A stretch of DNA of 64,000 nt from Euprymna scolopes (lineage: Eukaryota), in assembly GCA_053919585.1 (NCBI GenBank), contig CM132793.1. One strand, given 5' to 3'. Below the pieces are notes generated by a model, which was given only the letters and a program-made list of their open reading frames with translations, made no database searches and was not told the DNA's origin. The position numbers were made by a program, and so were the translations under genes. Shown piece by piece: positions 38,128 through 50,520 of this stretch; the stretch's first letter is position 1, and every line of letters begins with the position of its first letter.

Positions 38128-41100
38128 ATCAAGATGTTTATTTGGTGTACCATCAACGTAGTGAGACAACTATGGAAGGCAGTAATTACTACAGTTCAGA
38201 GTCAGCATTTCTATCCTGTCGATGAAAACCCCCTGACAAATGCCAGAAGAATAGCTGTGAATGTTTTCCTGTATGGGCGATCAAAAAATGATTATCCTCA
38301 TTTTATACACCGAACATGAAGACTTGCTTCAGATTTCATACGTAATAGTAAATTTTAATTTTAAAATGTTAATGTCCTGTTTTAAACAGAATATCCCGTA
38401 TACATTTATGTTCAAGCAAAATATTTTAAGGGCTTGCTTTTGCGAATTATAGATATATTGTGGTTGAAATAGGTTGTACACATTTTATCAGATTGTGTAG
38501 TACAGTTATCCGATTAATACGGTGTTATGTCCTGAAATATCCCTTCCGAGTTTTGATCCGAAAATTATTTATTGCTTTAGATTGTAACTGTTAAAATAGA
38601 GAACTCACTTGATAGTATAAAAGATGAACGTGGTGATCCCGACCACTTCCCGGATTCATGAATTAAAACTTAGAAAAAAAAACACTGTATATATACCGAT
38701 TATAGCAATAGGAATACAACGTAACTTCACTTGATATCTTGGGAAGTGAGGGTCAAAATTTAAAAAATGGCAAATAGGTAAATTCGTAGGACAACCGATA
38801 GGTATTTCATGAAAGCCCTCGTAGGGAATCTTACATGCTATTGTTTACCAATGTATAGCCGAGAAAAGACTGAATATGAATGTAGATATATTTAGTTTAA
38901 AGGCATTTTATGAGTGGAGTTGATTTTGCGGCAGTTCTAAGAACGTCGCTAGATGGGTACAGTACAGGACTGGTTGCGACTTGGACAAGATCGATAGACT
39001 GTTCGGAGGTGGATATGAAGGAAATGAATTTATTTAAAGACTGGCTAAATCGATCGCGACAGAAACAAATAAGATATAGACCTTGGCGCTAAAAGGGTTA
39101 TTTCCGTCGATTATAGAAGCTGTTGAAATGTTTTTGTCTTATTTTAATAAATTTGAGCAATTGTGCACCCCTAGATAGACTACAGTGTGAGATATTAAGG
39201 ATAAGATGGAGAAGCTAAAAAAACAGTTGGGCTGGCTGTTAAATGGGGGATGTGATTAGTTTATTTTCAGACTTGGTGACGTACTGTGATATCAATCATG
39301 GAAACACTAAAAACGTTCCTAAATAAATGTGAATCAAATATTACTTGACACCATAACACCACGGCTGTGGCAAAACGTCCCATACCCACAGCAATAATTA
39401 TACAATTCAAAAGACAGTTTTGTAATAAAAATTAGTGTTTAACCTCCTAATTCCTTCCTCAAACTGGCGATGACACCAGAAGCACTTAATATCTATGTCC
39501 AATTGGAAAGAGTCACTTAATTTCAGAAAACACTGCCGTTAGTGATTAGCGAGGATTGGATAGTTAAGTTGAAATTATTCGTTTACAACAATCCTCGGAA
39601 AATACAACACTGAACAAGAATCTGCGTAAATTTCTCTCCGGTCACACTGCACCACCTTTTTTAATGGGCGATTCGTAGATGACAGGTCTTCGTAAAATAC
39701 ATACGCGAGTTGTCCCTGATTTTAATAGATTGCTAAAACATAGGTATAGATAGAGGTGTTAAATAAATGTTATGTGCTTTAGATAGGGTAAAAGAAATTG
39801 TTTTCGTCTTTCCTAGCAGTGATTTTTCTTACTACATAATTACTATTAGATATCAGAAACTGGCATGTATTTTCTTATATACATTTATTTACGTAATAAA
39901 TTGAAGAAATTTTTTTATCAATTTAAATTTCATATCATATTTTAATAACAGCACATACGAGGCTATGACTCATTCTATTCATACAATGCAACATAGCATT
40001 TGCTCAAAAAGATCTGATATGCTTTCAAGAAGATCAGCAAAAAATGTTTATTCAGTGTAAATTAAATCATTTTTTTAATACCTTAAAGGTGGAGATTTAC
40101 CTCAAAACGATGTGTATAGTTTCAATCTAGAGACGATTTGTAATTAAAATAAACAAATTGCCAATAGTAACTTCAGAAAACGTGCATATTCTCTCTTACC
40201 AACAGTGATAAGTTTGGAAATGAAATTGGAAAATGAATTTTTTTATATATTTTATTCTATTTATAGTTGACTCGTGCTATTTGTATGCTCCCGTATATAC
40301 AATACCACTGTGGAGCCTCTAAGAAATTAATACCTTGTCCTAGAAACATACTAGAAATAAGTGTAGGAAAAATAGAATACACTATTGCTACTTGAAAAAC
40401 ATCTGCTAAACTTGACATTAATAAATTACAGATCCCTCGTCAAAGTCAGCCCATCTATTTTCGTTTGTAGAGGAAGCAAAATGCGAATAGTTTATTGAGC
40501 CATTGATGTAACTGTTTAGTATTGTCCTATCATGTGAGTCTCGTTCCAAAGTACTGTTTTTTTTTCAATTCCAAATTAACGAACTATAAAAGCGGAAGTG
40601 ATAACATTAAAAATAAAACTTGGGCTCCAGAATTCATATTTTCACATAGTCACAACCATTGTCAATGCACTTTTGCAGGGAATTCAATGACCTATCTGCT
40701 TAAGGCGCACATCTGTGACAGAAGTTGCTTTCTTAATCTTACGCCATCAATATCTAAAAAAAAAGATTAAATCTTTTAGGTCGGGAATGTTTAAGTTAAA
40801 ACAATACGATTTGCAATCCCTTTTTATTCATTCTAATGGAATAAAAAATAGAAAGCTTTACTTTTTGAACGTTTCACGTATGACAAAATCATTTTTTATA
40901 GGTTGTAACTGTTAAAAAATAAGTACATTTATTTAAATACATGTACTATGTATAGTATGGTTGATCTCCAAATCTAATATGCTATTTGAAAGTAACTAAT
41001 TTACAATATGGCGTGTATTGCAATGTATATCCTTGAAAACTATAATGCATGTTTTGTTTTCTTTGTTGAATTTTACACTAAATGTTAATTTATCTCATTC

Positions 41101-42230
41101 ATTTTGTTTTTCATCTGAATCATTACCTTGAAATGTGAATCAGATTTACAAAAGAAATCTGACAACCAATAAAACCGTTCTTTCTAAACACGAGCGAAAG
41201 TAATTAAAATAAACTATTCAAGTAATTTATATTGATTTTTACTTTGATTTATGCATTGATTTGTGCGATTTATTTCTAAGCAAATCAAAACATCAAACGA
41301 CGACATGTTATAGATAAAAATTAACACGTGCACGCATTAATCGATATGTCGTTATTTAGGTTTTCAATTTCATCACGCGTGCATTTTGTTTTTAATTGTT
41401 CGATTAACATAATACAGACTGTATATTCCGGGGTTTTTCTTTATTATATATAAACTGCAAACTTGTTTTAGAAATTCTATGGTCTAAAGGTTTTATTTTT
41501 TTACGCCAATAGGTGTGTATAGTTACTTTAGATAGCCTTATTTGAATTAGCCTTGTCATGCCAAATAAGGATGTAAACGAAGAAAATATGTCAATATAAG
41601 TATATAGCTAAAATGACTCTCTCTCCCTTTATATATATATATATATATATGATGTAATAGCGTATACTTTGATCATTCAATGTTCTTCACATTTGCCCTG
41701 CCATCCCACGATCATGCATTAATAACTATTATTTGCTGACAAGCCTCTATTGCCTCTTTCCTGATTTTCCTATAAATCGATTGCATGAACGATATATGTA
41801 TATTAGTTTCACTTTTAAAAAAATATTTTCCAAGAAAAAGTACGTGTATATCTACCGATTGATATCACCTGTCATATTTTAAAGCTAATTTTATGGACCG
41901 TCCACATTTCAATTTTGGTTGTTCTCAGACTTGTGTATATTTAAACACAGAACAATTTATAGATGTGTCTGTTCGAGCGTTATGTACATGAAGTTCATAT
42001 TGATGGTTGTAAGGGAAGATTCATTGTTTACTTTTTACAGTTATTTCCAATGTTAAAATACGTTCAAGTGAAAAATTGATCATGACCACACTATTCGTAT
42101 GTAAATTCGCAAATAAAACTGGGAAAATACATATGCTGTCGCTTTGTACTTAACATAATTTAATAGACTTAATAATGTTGCATGTTTATTTTGTATATTT
42201 ACTGAAAAACGCATAAGATTTATAATTACA

Positions 42231-43451
42231 GATGCTAAACTTCTGACCGATCGTCAATATGGATTTAGACAAGCCCGTTCCACGGCAGACATCCTCACTG
42301 TAATCTCTGAACGCATATACCATTCACTGGACAAAGCGGGAGAGGGAAGAGCGGTAGCTCTAGATATATCTAAGGCTTTTGACAGGGTATGGCATGAGGG
42401 TCTCCCTAGGAAGATTAGATCTTACGGTATCACTGGTAGAATACTTAACGTAATTAAATCCTTCTTAGATAAGAGAAAAATCCAGGTTGTCCTCGACGGT
42501 CGTACATCTAAACAATATGATATAAATGCGGGAGTGCACCAGGGATCTATCCTGGGACCTCTGCTGTTCCTGATATTCATAAATGACCTCCCCGACAAGA
42601 TTGCCTCTGAGATGGGGATATATGCTGATGACACCACACTCTATAGCAGGCACGACAGGAAAACAAACGAACATATATCTAAAGTAATGGCAGAAACACT
42701 AGAGGATGACCTCCAATCAGTAGTGGAATGGGGACAAAAATGGATGGTCACGTTCAATGCCACCAAGACAAAACTGGTTTCATTCAATAATTACAAGAAA
42801 CCTTCTCTACCACCTATAGCAATGGCCAACGACTCTTTATCTGAGAGTACGTCTCTCAAGCTCCTTGGCCTAACGTTCACTGGAAACATGAGTTGGAACA
42901 GTTACATCGAGGGCATTGCCAGGGCCGCTGCAAGGAAGGTGGGCTCTCTCTACCGTGCTAGAAAAGTTTTAACACCCGAAAGTATCCTGTACCTCTATAA
43001 GGCCACTATTCGCCCATGTATGGAGTATTGCTGTCATATTTGGGCCGGTGCATCGGCTACTAGTCTCTCGCTCCTTGACAAGGTTCAAAAGAGAGTCGCA
43101 AATCTGATAGGCCCTAAACTGGCATCAAAACTTCAGCCTCTGTCCCATCGTCGAAACGTTGCATCCCTCTGCCTGTTCTACAAGTATTATAATGGTGAAT
43201 GTTCTGAAGAACTGCAAGCACTTGTGCCCCCACGACGTGAACACCCTCGACAGACCCGACAAGCTGCAAAATACCACCCCCACACTGTAGAGATCCCTAG
43301 ATGTAAAAGATCCTTCTACTCCAGTAGTTTCTTCCCCAGAACTGCTAGACTTTGGAATTCCATTCCGGGTCACTGCTTCCCCAACTGTACTGACATGCAT
43401 AAGTTCAAGTGCAACGTGAACCAACATCTCGCTGCCCTAATCCCTACATAG
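42231..43451 (+). CDS. Reverse transcriptase (LINE ORF2, N-terminally truncated, ~406 aa open)
   Basis: QYGFRQARST, ALDISKAFDRVWH, GVHQGSILGPLLFLIFINDL, YADD, MEYCCHIWAG, HRRNVASL, SSFFPRTARLWN. Confidence 0.9.
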   Translation, partial: DAKLLTDRQYGFRQARSTADILTVISERIYHSLDKAGEGRAVALDISKAFDRVWHEGLPRKIRSYGITGRILNVIKSFLDKRKIQVVLDGRTSKQYDINAGVHQGSILGPLLFLIFINDLPDKIASEMGIYADDTTLYSRHDRKTNEHISKVMAETLEDDLQSVVEWGQKWMVTFNATKTKLVSFNNYKKPSLPPIAMANDSLSESTSLKLLGLTFTGNMSWNSYIEGIARAAARKVGSLYRARKVLTPESILYLYKATIRPCMEYCCHIWAGASATSLSLLDKVQKRVANLIGPKLASKLQPLSHRRNVASLCLFYKYYNGECSEELQALVPPRREHPRQTRQAAKYHPHTVEIPRCKRSFYSSSFFPRTARLWNSIPGHCFPNCTDMHKFKCNVNQHLAALIPT

Positions 43452-43555
43452 TACCCCAGTAGATGTTTCCCCTGATAGTAGCCCCCTACACCAAAGTGGC
43501 AATGTGCCTTGTTTGGGGTGAAAATGTAATAAAATAAAAAAAAAAAAAAAAAAAT
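42231..43555 (+). mobile_element. Young 5'-truncated CR1/L2-group LINE (RT domain, 3'UTR, poly(A))
   Basis: Uninterrupted frame 42231-43451, short 3'UTR, then AATAAAATAAAAA poly(A) to ~43555. Confidence 0.95.
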
Positions 43556-46500
43556 TCAAAATTATGCAGATCAATTTTATATATATATATATGTTTGTAT
43601 AAGACTTACTTTAAAATTAGTTTAGCAATCATTAATTTGAAACAAAAGCTTTTCTGCGGATTATATATTGATTCAGTTTAATGTAATGATTCTGAAGTCA
43701 GAAAAATGTGCATGTCTATTCAAGTTAACTATGTTTTTATATGTATATAATTTATCTACAGCTTTTTGAGATATGCTAGTTTTTCGATCATTGTTGATTT
43801 TGGAAAACGGTTGACACGTTCGGAGTCATCATTAATGAAATATTCAAAAGGAAATGAGAACGAAGCAATATTTGATTGCTTTCGTATAACTTTCACAAAA
43901 ACGTTGCTTTCGTTCCAAGAATGGGAAAAAATCTATGGGCGTTAGAAACATATTATATAAGTATTACATGTAAAACTAGATGTTTAGGTCGGCATGCGTT
44001 TAGATTAAGAAATATATGCTTTGGTATTTCTCTATATAATGAACACACATAATTATATTGATGTGTTATAGGAAGCAATTAAAACTTGTTTACGACTTTT
44101 GTACTCCTAAAAGTAAACAGACATGAATAAAAAATATTAATCCATGTAATTTTTGTTAACAATTCACATCACGGGACAATTACACGTTTATAAAACTAAG
44201 TGGTTTTGTGGCCGTCTTTTCAGAATTTAAATTAGATAAAAACGGGTACAATGATTGTGAAACACGAATGAGATGCAAAAGCATTGCATGAAAGCATGCA
44301 TTTTCCTGACTAGAATCTCGATTTCGAATAACATATCGATCATGGTAGAATGAATCTTTCAAAATATAAACGTATTCAATTTTGTATCATTTCATATGGC
44401 TATCGACGCTTACGTCTGATTATTTGAACAGCCCTTAAAATATAGACGTATTTACAATGAATTGTTGTTTATAAGTAAATTTGCGAAGTGAAAATTTTCC
44501 TCTGGAAATCACCTACAAGAGGCGAGTAAATTTTATTAAGCAGCATTAATATTTTCATTAAATTTTATCAAAGTTTCTTTTTTAATATTTAATTTATATA
44601 TTTTAAGTAAATAAAGTAACGTGCTTATTCTGATATTTCGTCTCTAATCTTAAAGATAGTTAATTCATACTTGTGGAAAATTATACAGTATTAACTTTTC
44701 GATTTCAAACCATAGAACCTACAAATGATTATCAAATGCTAGCAGTTTCATTTACAAATAAATGAGTTTCAGGTTCATTTTTCAGATCTACCGATAATTT
44801 TTATAATCGTATCGAGTTATAAAATGTAGAAACGTAAGAAAATAAATTTCTTTAGATTCTAAATATATTTTCGCGTTTTAACCGCCCACTGTTAAGAACC
44901 GTTTTAGAAATAAATACCCCAACCTAACCTGCTATCGAGATGGGAGTTTTTATTCCCAACGCCGTTCCTAACATAGGGGAGGTTGGGGGTTTATATTACG
45001 TTGGGTAATCTTGTAGAAAATATTAAAATTCCAAGTCCCTGTAAACCTCAGTCAAAACGGGGCTTATTTTTTTTTCCAAAGAATATACCGCCATTTTTTT
45101 TTAATTAGCTCGGAAAAACTGAAGTTTTAGATTAAATAAAGAGCAATAAAAACTACTTAAACCCAAAACTAATGAGCCAGGAAGGTATTAAATAAGCTTT
45201 TGTTGGCTACAGTAACATTTATAGCTTGTATAATTTTTTCGTATAGTTTGTTCGTTTCTCTGTTAAATTACAATATTTTCCAAGTTCACTATTTTCCGGC
45301 TATTGCGTCCCAAGGAAAATATTACTCTAAAATATCTAATATATATGATTTTCCAATTCCTCATACTCGTCATTTTCAGTGATTTATCATTGGCGACAAC
45401 ATATGTACTCTATAATCTGCAGGGCAACACAATAGTAATTATTTTAAGGATTTCGTTGTTCTTCTCTGCTTTATTGGAAAGGTCCCTTCTGTTCGGTCAT
45501 TCCTACCTCCTTTACACTTAATGCAATTAACATTTGCCATCATTATTTGGTTGGAGGGCTATCAGATGACGTTTTCTTAAGGGTTACTTCGGTATTTTCG
45601 TATATATTAGAATCGTGTAATATTCGGTCTATATCAGGAGATATTGCTTCATCGTTTTATCAGATGTCCGCTCGTCGTTTTCTCTCGGCTACAGTTTGGC
45701 GTATGTCACCTTACCATTTTTAAAATAAAATTTAGTAAATGAGCGCACCTTCAAAATGTTTCTCCGTTACAGTTTATAGATAGGATTATTTTTCCTGTAT
45801 GAAAAGTGCCTTGTTATTAGCTTCCGTTTTCTAACAGTCGGCCGCTTCGCTCCTTTTCTTTACTATTTTTATCTCTTAAGCAACCTGCGTTCTTTTCAGC
45901 GTATTCCACATTATGCGACCGTTTTATTGTCTTTCTGTTGTATGCTTATGTATAAGGAGATTATACTATGACAAAACATGAAACTTTGGTAAGTATTTCT
46001 TGAGTTCAAGTCGCAATATCTCGATTTAACTGAACAGAAGAATATATTAATCAGCTTCGGTCTGTTTGAAAAGAAGATTGTAGATTACTGTTATGTACGC
46101 TAACCAATGTACTTCTTTAATTGTGTTTGCTCTTTTGTCCTTGGATTTGATTGTCTCAGGGATAACACTGTATGTTGGAAGAAAGCAGTTTTATAAGCGA
46201 ACAAACTGTAGAGATTTAAATAACGTTAAATGATGACGTCGGTTACTTATGGCAAATTGCAGATGTAATAAGACAGCAGAAAAGATTCAATATGTAAAGA
46301 ATATTAAAATACTCAACAACAAAAAGTAAACTATTTTGATATTTTTATGGAGAAAATTGTAATACGATCGTAAAATTATTTTAAACGGTAATTTACTTAC
46401 TACCGTGTTAACCTATTTTGACCAAAAGCGAATTACTCCACCCTAAGAGCTTGCCATACATGAATGAGAATATTCACTGAAATGATTGTCTAGGGTTTGT

Positions 46501-46930
46501 TGCCAGCTTGATCTCGAGATCATATATTTCTCTGCCTTCTAGATAGCAACCATGTAATAGTTATAACATTGCAAACACTTTTGTAGATTGTGTCTGAAAT
46601 GTTATCTTTATTGATGTAAATTCCATATCGTTTAATTTTTTTTTTCATTTAAAATAGGAAAATTGAAATATAAAAGAAGGACCGAAATAAGGGAAAATCG
46701 CTTTTTATTGCTGAAAAGCTAGAATAACAGAAGATAATTGATAAAAGTTAAACTAACCCGAAGCAAATAGTCGCATGTCAGATAGATGGCATTTAAGATT
46801 AGAATTTTTATATCCGGATAAAAATGTCCATAAAAATAGATTAGTGCGAACTTGCGGCCAAGGTAATCAAAGTAAAAAAAATTCTATACGAAAATTTTTT
46901 GATTCAATATGTGAGATGTTTAAGTAAAAT

Positions 46931-47003
46931 AGAAGAATGAAGATATTCCACTGCAATGTTTGTATTTAAAATTATCATTAAAGGAAAATGCACACACACA
47001 CAC

Positions 47004-47034
<31 letters not shown>

Positions 47035-47090
47035 AACAATGATAATTTTAAATACGAAAACATTATCGCAGTGGAATATCTTCATTCTTT
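46931..47090. repeat. ~50-bp inverted repeat flanking a (CA)(TA)n microsatellite
   Basis: AAGAATGAAGATATTCCACTGC..GTATTTAAAATTATCATT versus AATGATAATTTTAAATAC..GCAGTGGAATATCTTCATTCTT. Confidence 0.85.
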
Positions 47091-47325
47091 TATATACATG
47101 TGTGTGTGTGTGCGCGCACACACATACGTGCCTTTTTTTTTTAGGGAAGAACTTTTGAAAGCATATTCAAATTTACTTTTGTATGCTTGACAGGAATTCG
47201 TGACTTGTGAAGCATTTGATGCGTAGAGGAAGACATATTTCCACGCCTAATTGTAGCCAGAAACACTCGCGTGCAGGCGCATAACCATGCAGTGATATCC
47301 GCATAGATTTATTTTCTTTATATAG

Positions 47326-47410
47326 TAAACGGACACGGCATGAATTCTGGACTAAATGGGTTCATGCAGACCCGATGGATGCTTTTATGGACATAATAAT
47401 GCCTTTGCAT
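47326..47410 (+). CDS. Isolated candidate coding exon (KRTRHEFWTKWVHADPMDAFMDIIMPLH)
   Basis: Acceptor ttattttctttatatAG, consensus donor GTAAGT, one fully open frame. Partner exons not identified. Confidence 0.3.
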
Positions 47411-49177
47411 GTAAGTGTGCAGCTTTTTGTTTCTGGTAAGGAATTTTCAATCACTTGAACCAAAACTGAAGTTTACTAGCAGACAATGTATCACGTTTTT
47501 AGCCTGAATGTTATCTAATTCCAATCAGCTACTTAATCTTGCCGATTATTCGTGTTACAATGCAATGATTAAATTATAAAATAGAGATTATTGGGGTTGC
47601 AGAAAAACGTGTTTATATAAATTATTACATAACTAGCTATCCAATGAGTAGAAAAATTGATTTCCTGCATAGATCGGATTTGCACAGACTCTTTTTAAAT
47701 GGATTACAATTCAAACATAACCAGTTAGATCTGTGGAAATTCCACTACGGACTCTTCATATGTAATATATTGATGCTGGCATTCTGTGGATGTTCAGCGT
47801 AAATAAAGACGCCCTGATATTATTGCGCCCTTTTTGTAAACACTCCAAAACTATTTATCTAGAGACATCCCGCATAGACTGGGCGAAAAATACGCTCAAA
47901 TATGTTTTTTCATCAGATTTCGTATGAATTATTATAGTTAATTTTCTATCGATTTTTATATATGATAAAGTCGAATTCCAAAATATACATGTGACTGGGG
48001 TATATCAGCTTGAATCGGAATCTAAACCAAACCTTAGGAAGAAATCTTGATAAAATTATTTATTTAAAAAATGTTAGTTAAACGACAGTAACTTTGAAGA
48101 AAAAATGTAAGCATGATAAGGTAACACACATACTATCCTATCAAGATATAGATTCTACCAAATCGTATGAAATATAATCTTTTTATGATCTAGTATAATA
48201 GTTTTCCACTAGAAAATGTATAAAATGTGAAGTTTTAGCTCGTGCAAACGTAAAATTTAATTAAAGAATTTTTCCAGGTTTATTATCGCTATTGATCTTA
48301 TTTTGTCGGAATATATGTACAAATAAGTTCTGTCTCTGCGTGTAGTATTGCGGCATCAGTTAAATAGTTTATCGCAGAGCTAAATTAAGATTTTAAATCG
48401 GCTCATTCGAACGGATGTTATATCATAAATTTGTGGAGTTACCTTTTTCACAAAACTTTAAGATAACATTACGTAAAAATTACATTGAGGAATTTATAAA
48501 TTTGCCCAAAGCTTTTAATGCCTGCAGTAATATACGTTATATAGTTTTTTTTTAAGATGATTGCTCATTCGTATTTTGATTGTTCAGGCTACTGTTAATT
48601 TTAGTGCTATTTTCAGAACTTTTCGATAGATGCAATGTCCGGCCCTAAACTGTATGTTTTTGAACTCTGAAATTTGTATAGAAATTCTAACGTAAACATT
48701 TCTTTAAGCCATAGAGGTAACATGCCCTCATCTAGCAGCTATGACTAGGGAGAACAATTCCAGAGTTCAACAACATCCACCTGAAAAATACGTTGCTTAC
48801 ATCAGTCAGAGCGTTATGAAAATAACACAAAATGGAAACATAAATACGAAGAATCCACATGTATTTTATTGTTTTATATTTTCTGCTAAATTTTAAATAA
48901 ATTATTCGTTTATTTTTATTCGTTTGTTTAGTTTGGGGCGAATCTATCAGTTTTTTTTTAACTAGTTAATTTATATCAATTGTAACCTTCAAATATTTTA
49001 TTTATGACATGTGTCCTCTACATAACCGATTAGGTTGGCACCGGCTGTTGTGGATTAAGAAAATAGAATTATCCATTCAGAACAATTCTTTTTAGGTTCC
49101 AAATTAAGTAAGTATATACGAACGATAAACTTAGTTGGTATGAGGTGGAGGTAAATATCCGGCTGAACTATTTAGTG

Positions 49178-50520
49178 TAGGCACCGCCAAAAATGGCCGC
49201 AAAATCAAGTTGTTGTTGTTTTTTAAAACTAAATTACATTTATTAAAATCCATTATTTCTGAGTAACTTTTTTTTTCCAGAAAGATAAAACCCTGAATTT
49301 TATGATATAGAAAACAGAATAATGTAAAACTTTTTCTATTTTTAATTCAATTTTAAATGTTAAATTTTCCCAAAAAGTTAACAATTGTTATTTTTTGTCT
49401 TGCACAAAAAACGTACTTAAATATTTAAAAAAAAGGGTTTTTGAAATAATTTATTTATTCATTTATTGTCTAACTAAGATTTAGGATGATTTTCTAAGAG
49501 AATATGCAAAAATATTATAATATAAGTACCTGAATTTCAAATAATTCCACTTATTCATATATGTAACCAGATATTTCGCGTCGCCGAAGAGTTCAGATCG
49601 ACTCTGTTTACGTTTTCTTTCGATGAGACGAAAACTATGGAAGACTAAACAGGCCAAAAAACTTATTTTTCAGTGACGAAAATTTCAATGTATTATTAAG
49701 CTGAGGCTGGCCAGTACCAGATGGGTGACCATTTGTATGAGTTTGGTTTTTAATGTGTATGTATGTGGGGGCCAGGTTCCCCAAAATGGGGGGAGGGGGC
49801 AATTTAAAGCAGAATAAAAAAAAATTATTTCAGCGCGTTTGGTCCACCGTAGTCGAAAGGCGGCAAACGTTTTCAAACGAGATCGAAAAAAATGATGCTA
49901 TTTTTAACACAAAGGGCACAATATTTATCGAATTTTTTTTTTTTTTGTATCGATTATTCAAAGCATGCTCTGTTTAATAATGGTCATGCATTATTCGGCT
50001 CGCTAAAAAAAAATTGTTAATTTATTTATCAAAAATTTTAAAATGGCCTTTTTCGTATAAATATAAAAAAATTTTTTTTTTTGTTTTGCTTAACTTAAAT
50101 TAATTATTTTACTTAACATATTCACCGAATTTCACACTTCAAAACTCAAAAGCGGGATAATTAAACACAATCGAAGTTCTGATATTCAGACGTCAAAATA
50201 AGGTATGCAAACAATTTTTTTTTTAATCTATAATTCTGTCCCTTACAACAACACAATATGTTTTGTTCAGTTTCAGATGATTATTTTAAGCATATTTGTT
50301 CCCACTTCAAAACAAGGGGGGGGGGTTGTAAGCAAAAAAATATATATATATAAATATCGTTTATGAAAAATAAGTACACTGTTATAAAGTTCATTCTTCT
50401 CCTAATAATCGCTGAAAATTTCGTATTGATCGGATAATTACCTGATTTTTGGTAGATTTTTAAAAAGACGGTCCGTCAAAAAGTACTGACCTGCCCCCCC
50501 CCCAGTTTTGGCGGTGCCTA
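49178..50520. mobile_element. Non-autonomous hAT DNA transposon (1343 bp)
   Basis: 15-bp perfect TIRs TAGGCACCGCCAAAA/TTTTGGCGGTGCCTA. Perfect 8-bp TSD ATTTAGTG (49170-49177, 50521-50528). No transposase ORF. Confidence 0.92.

Noticed and set aside
43125-43427. Antisense ORFs over the RT (also 18360-18671, 42422-42674, 57982-58507)
   Set aside because: Shadow frames of TE coding sequence.
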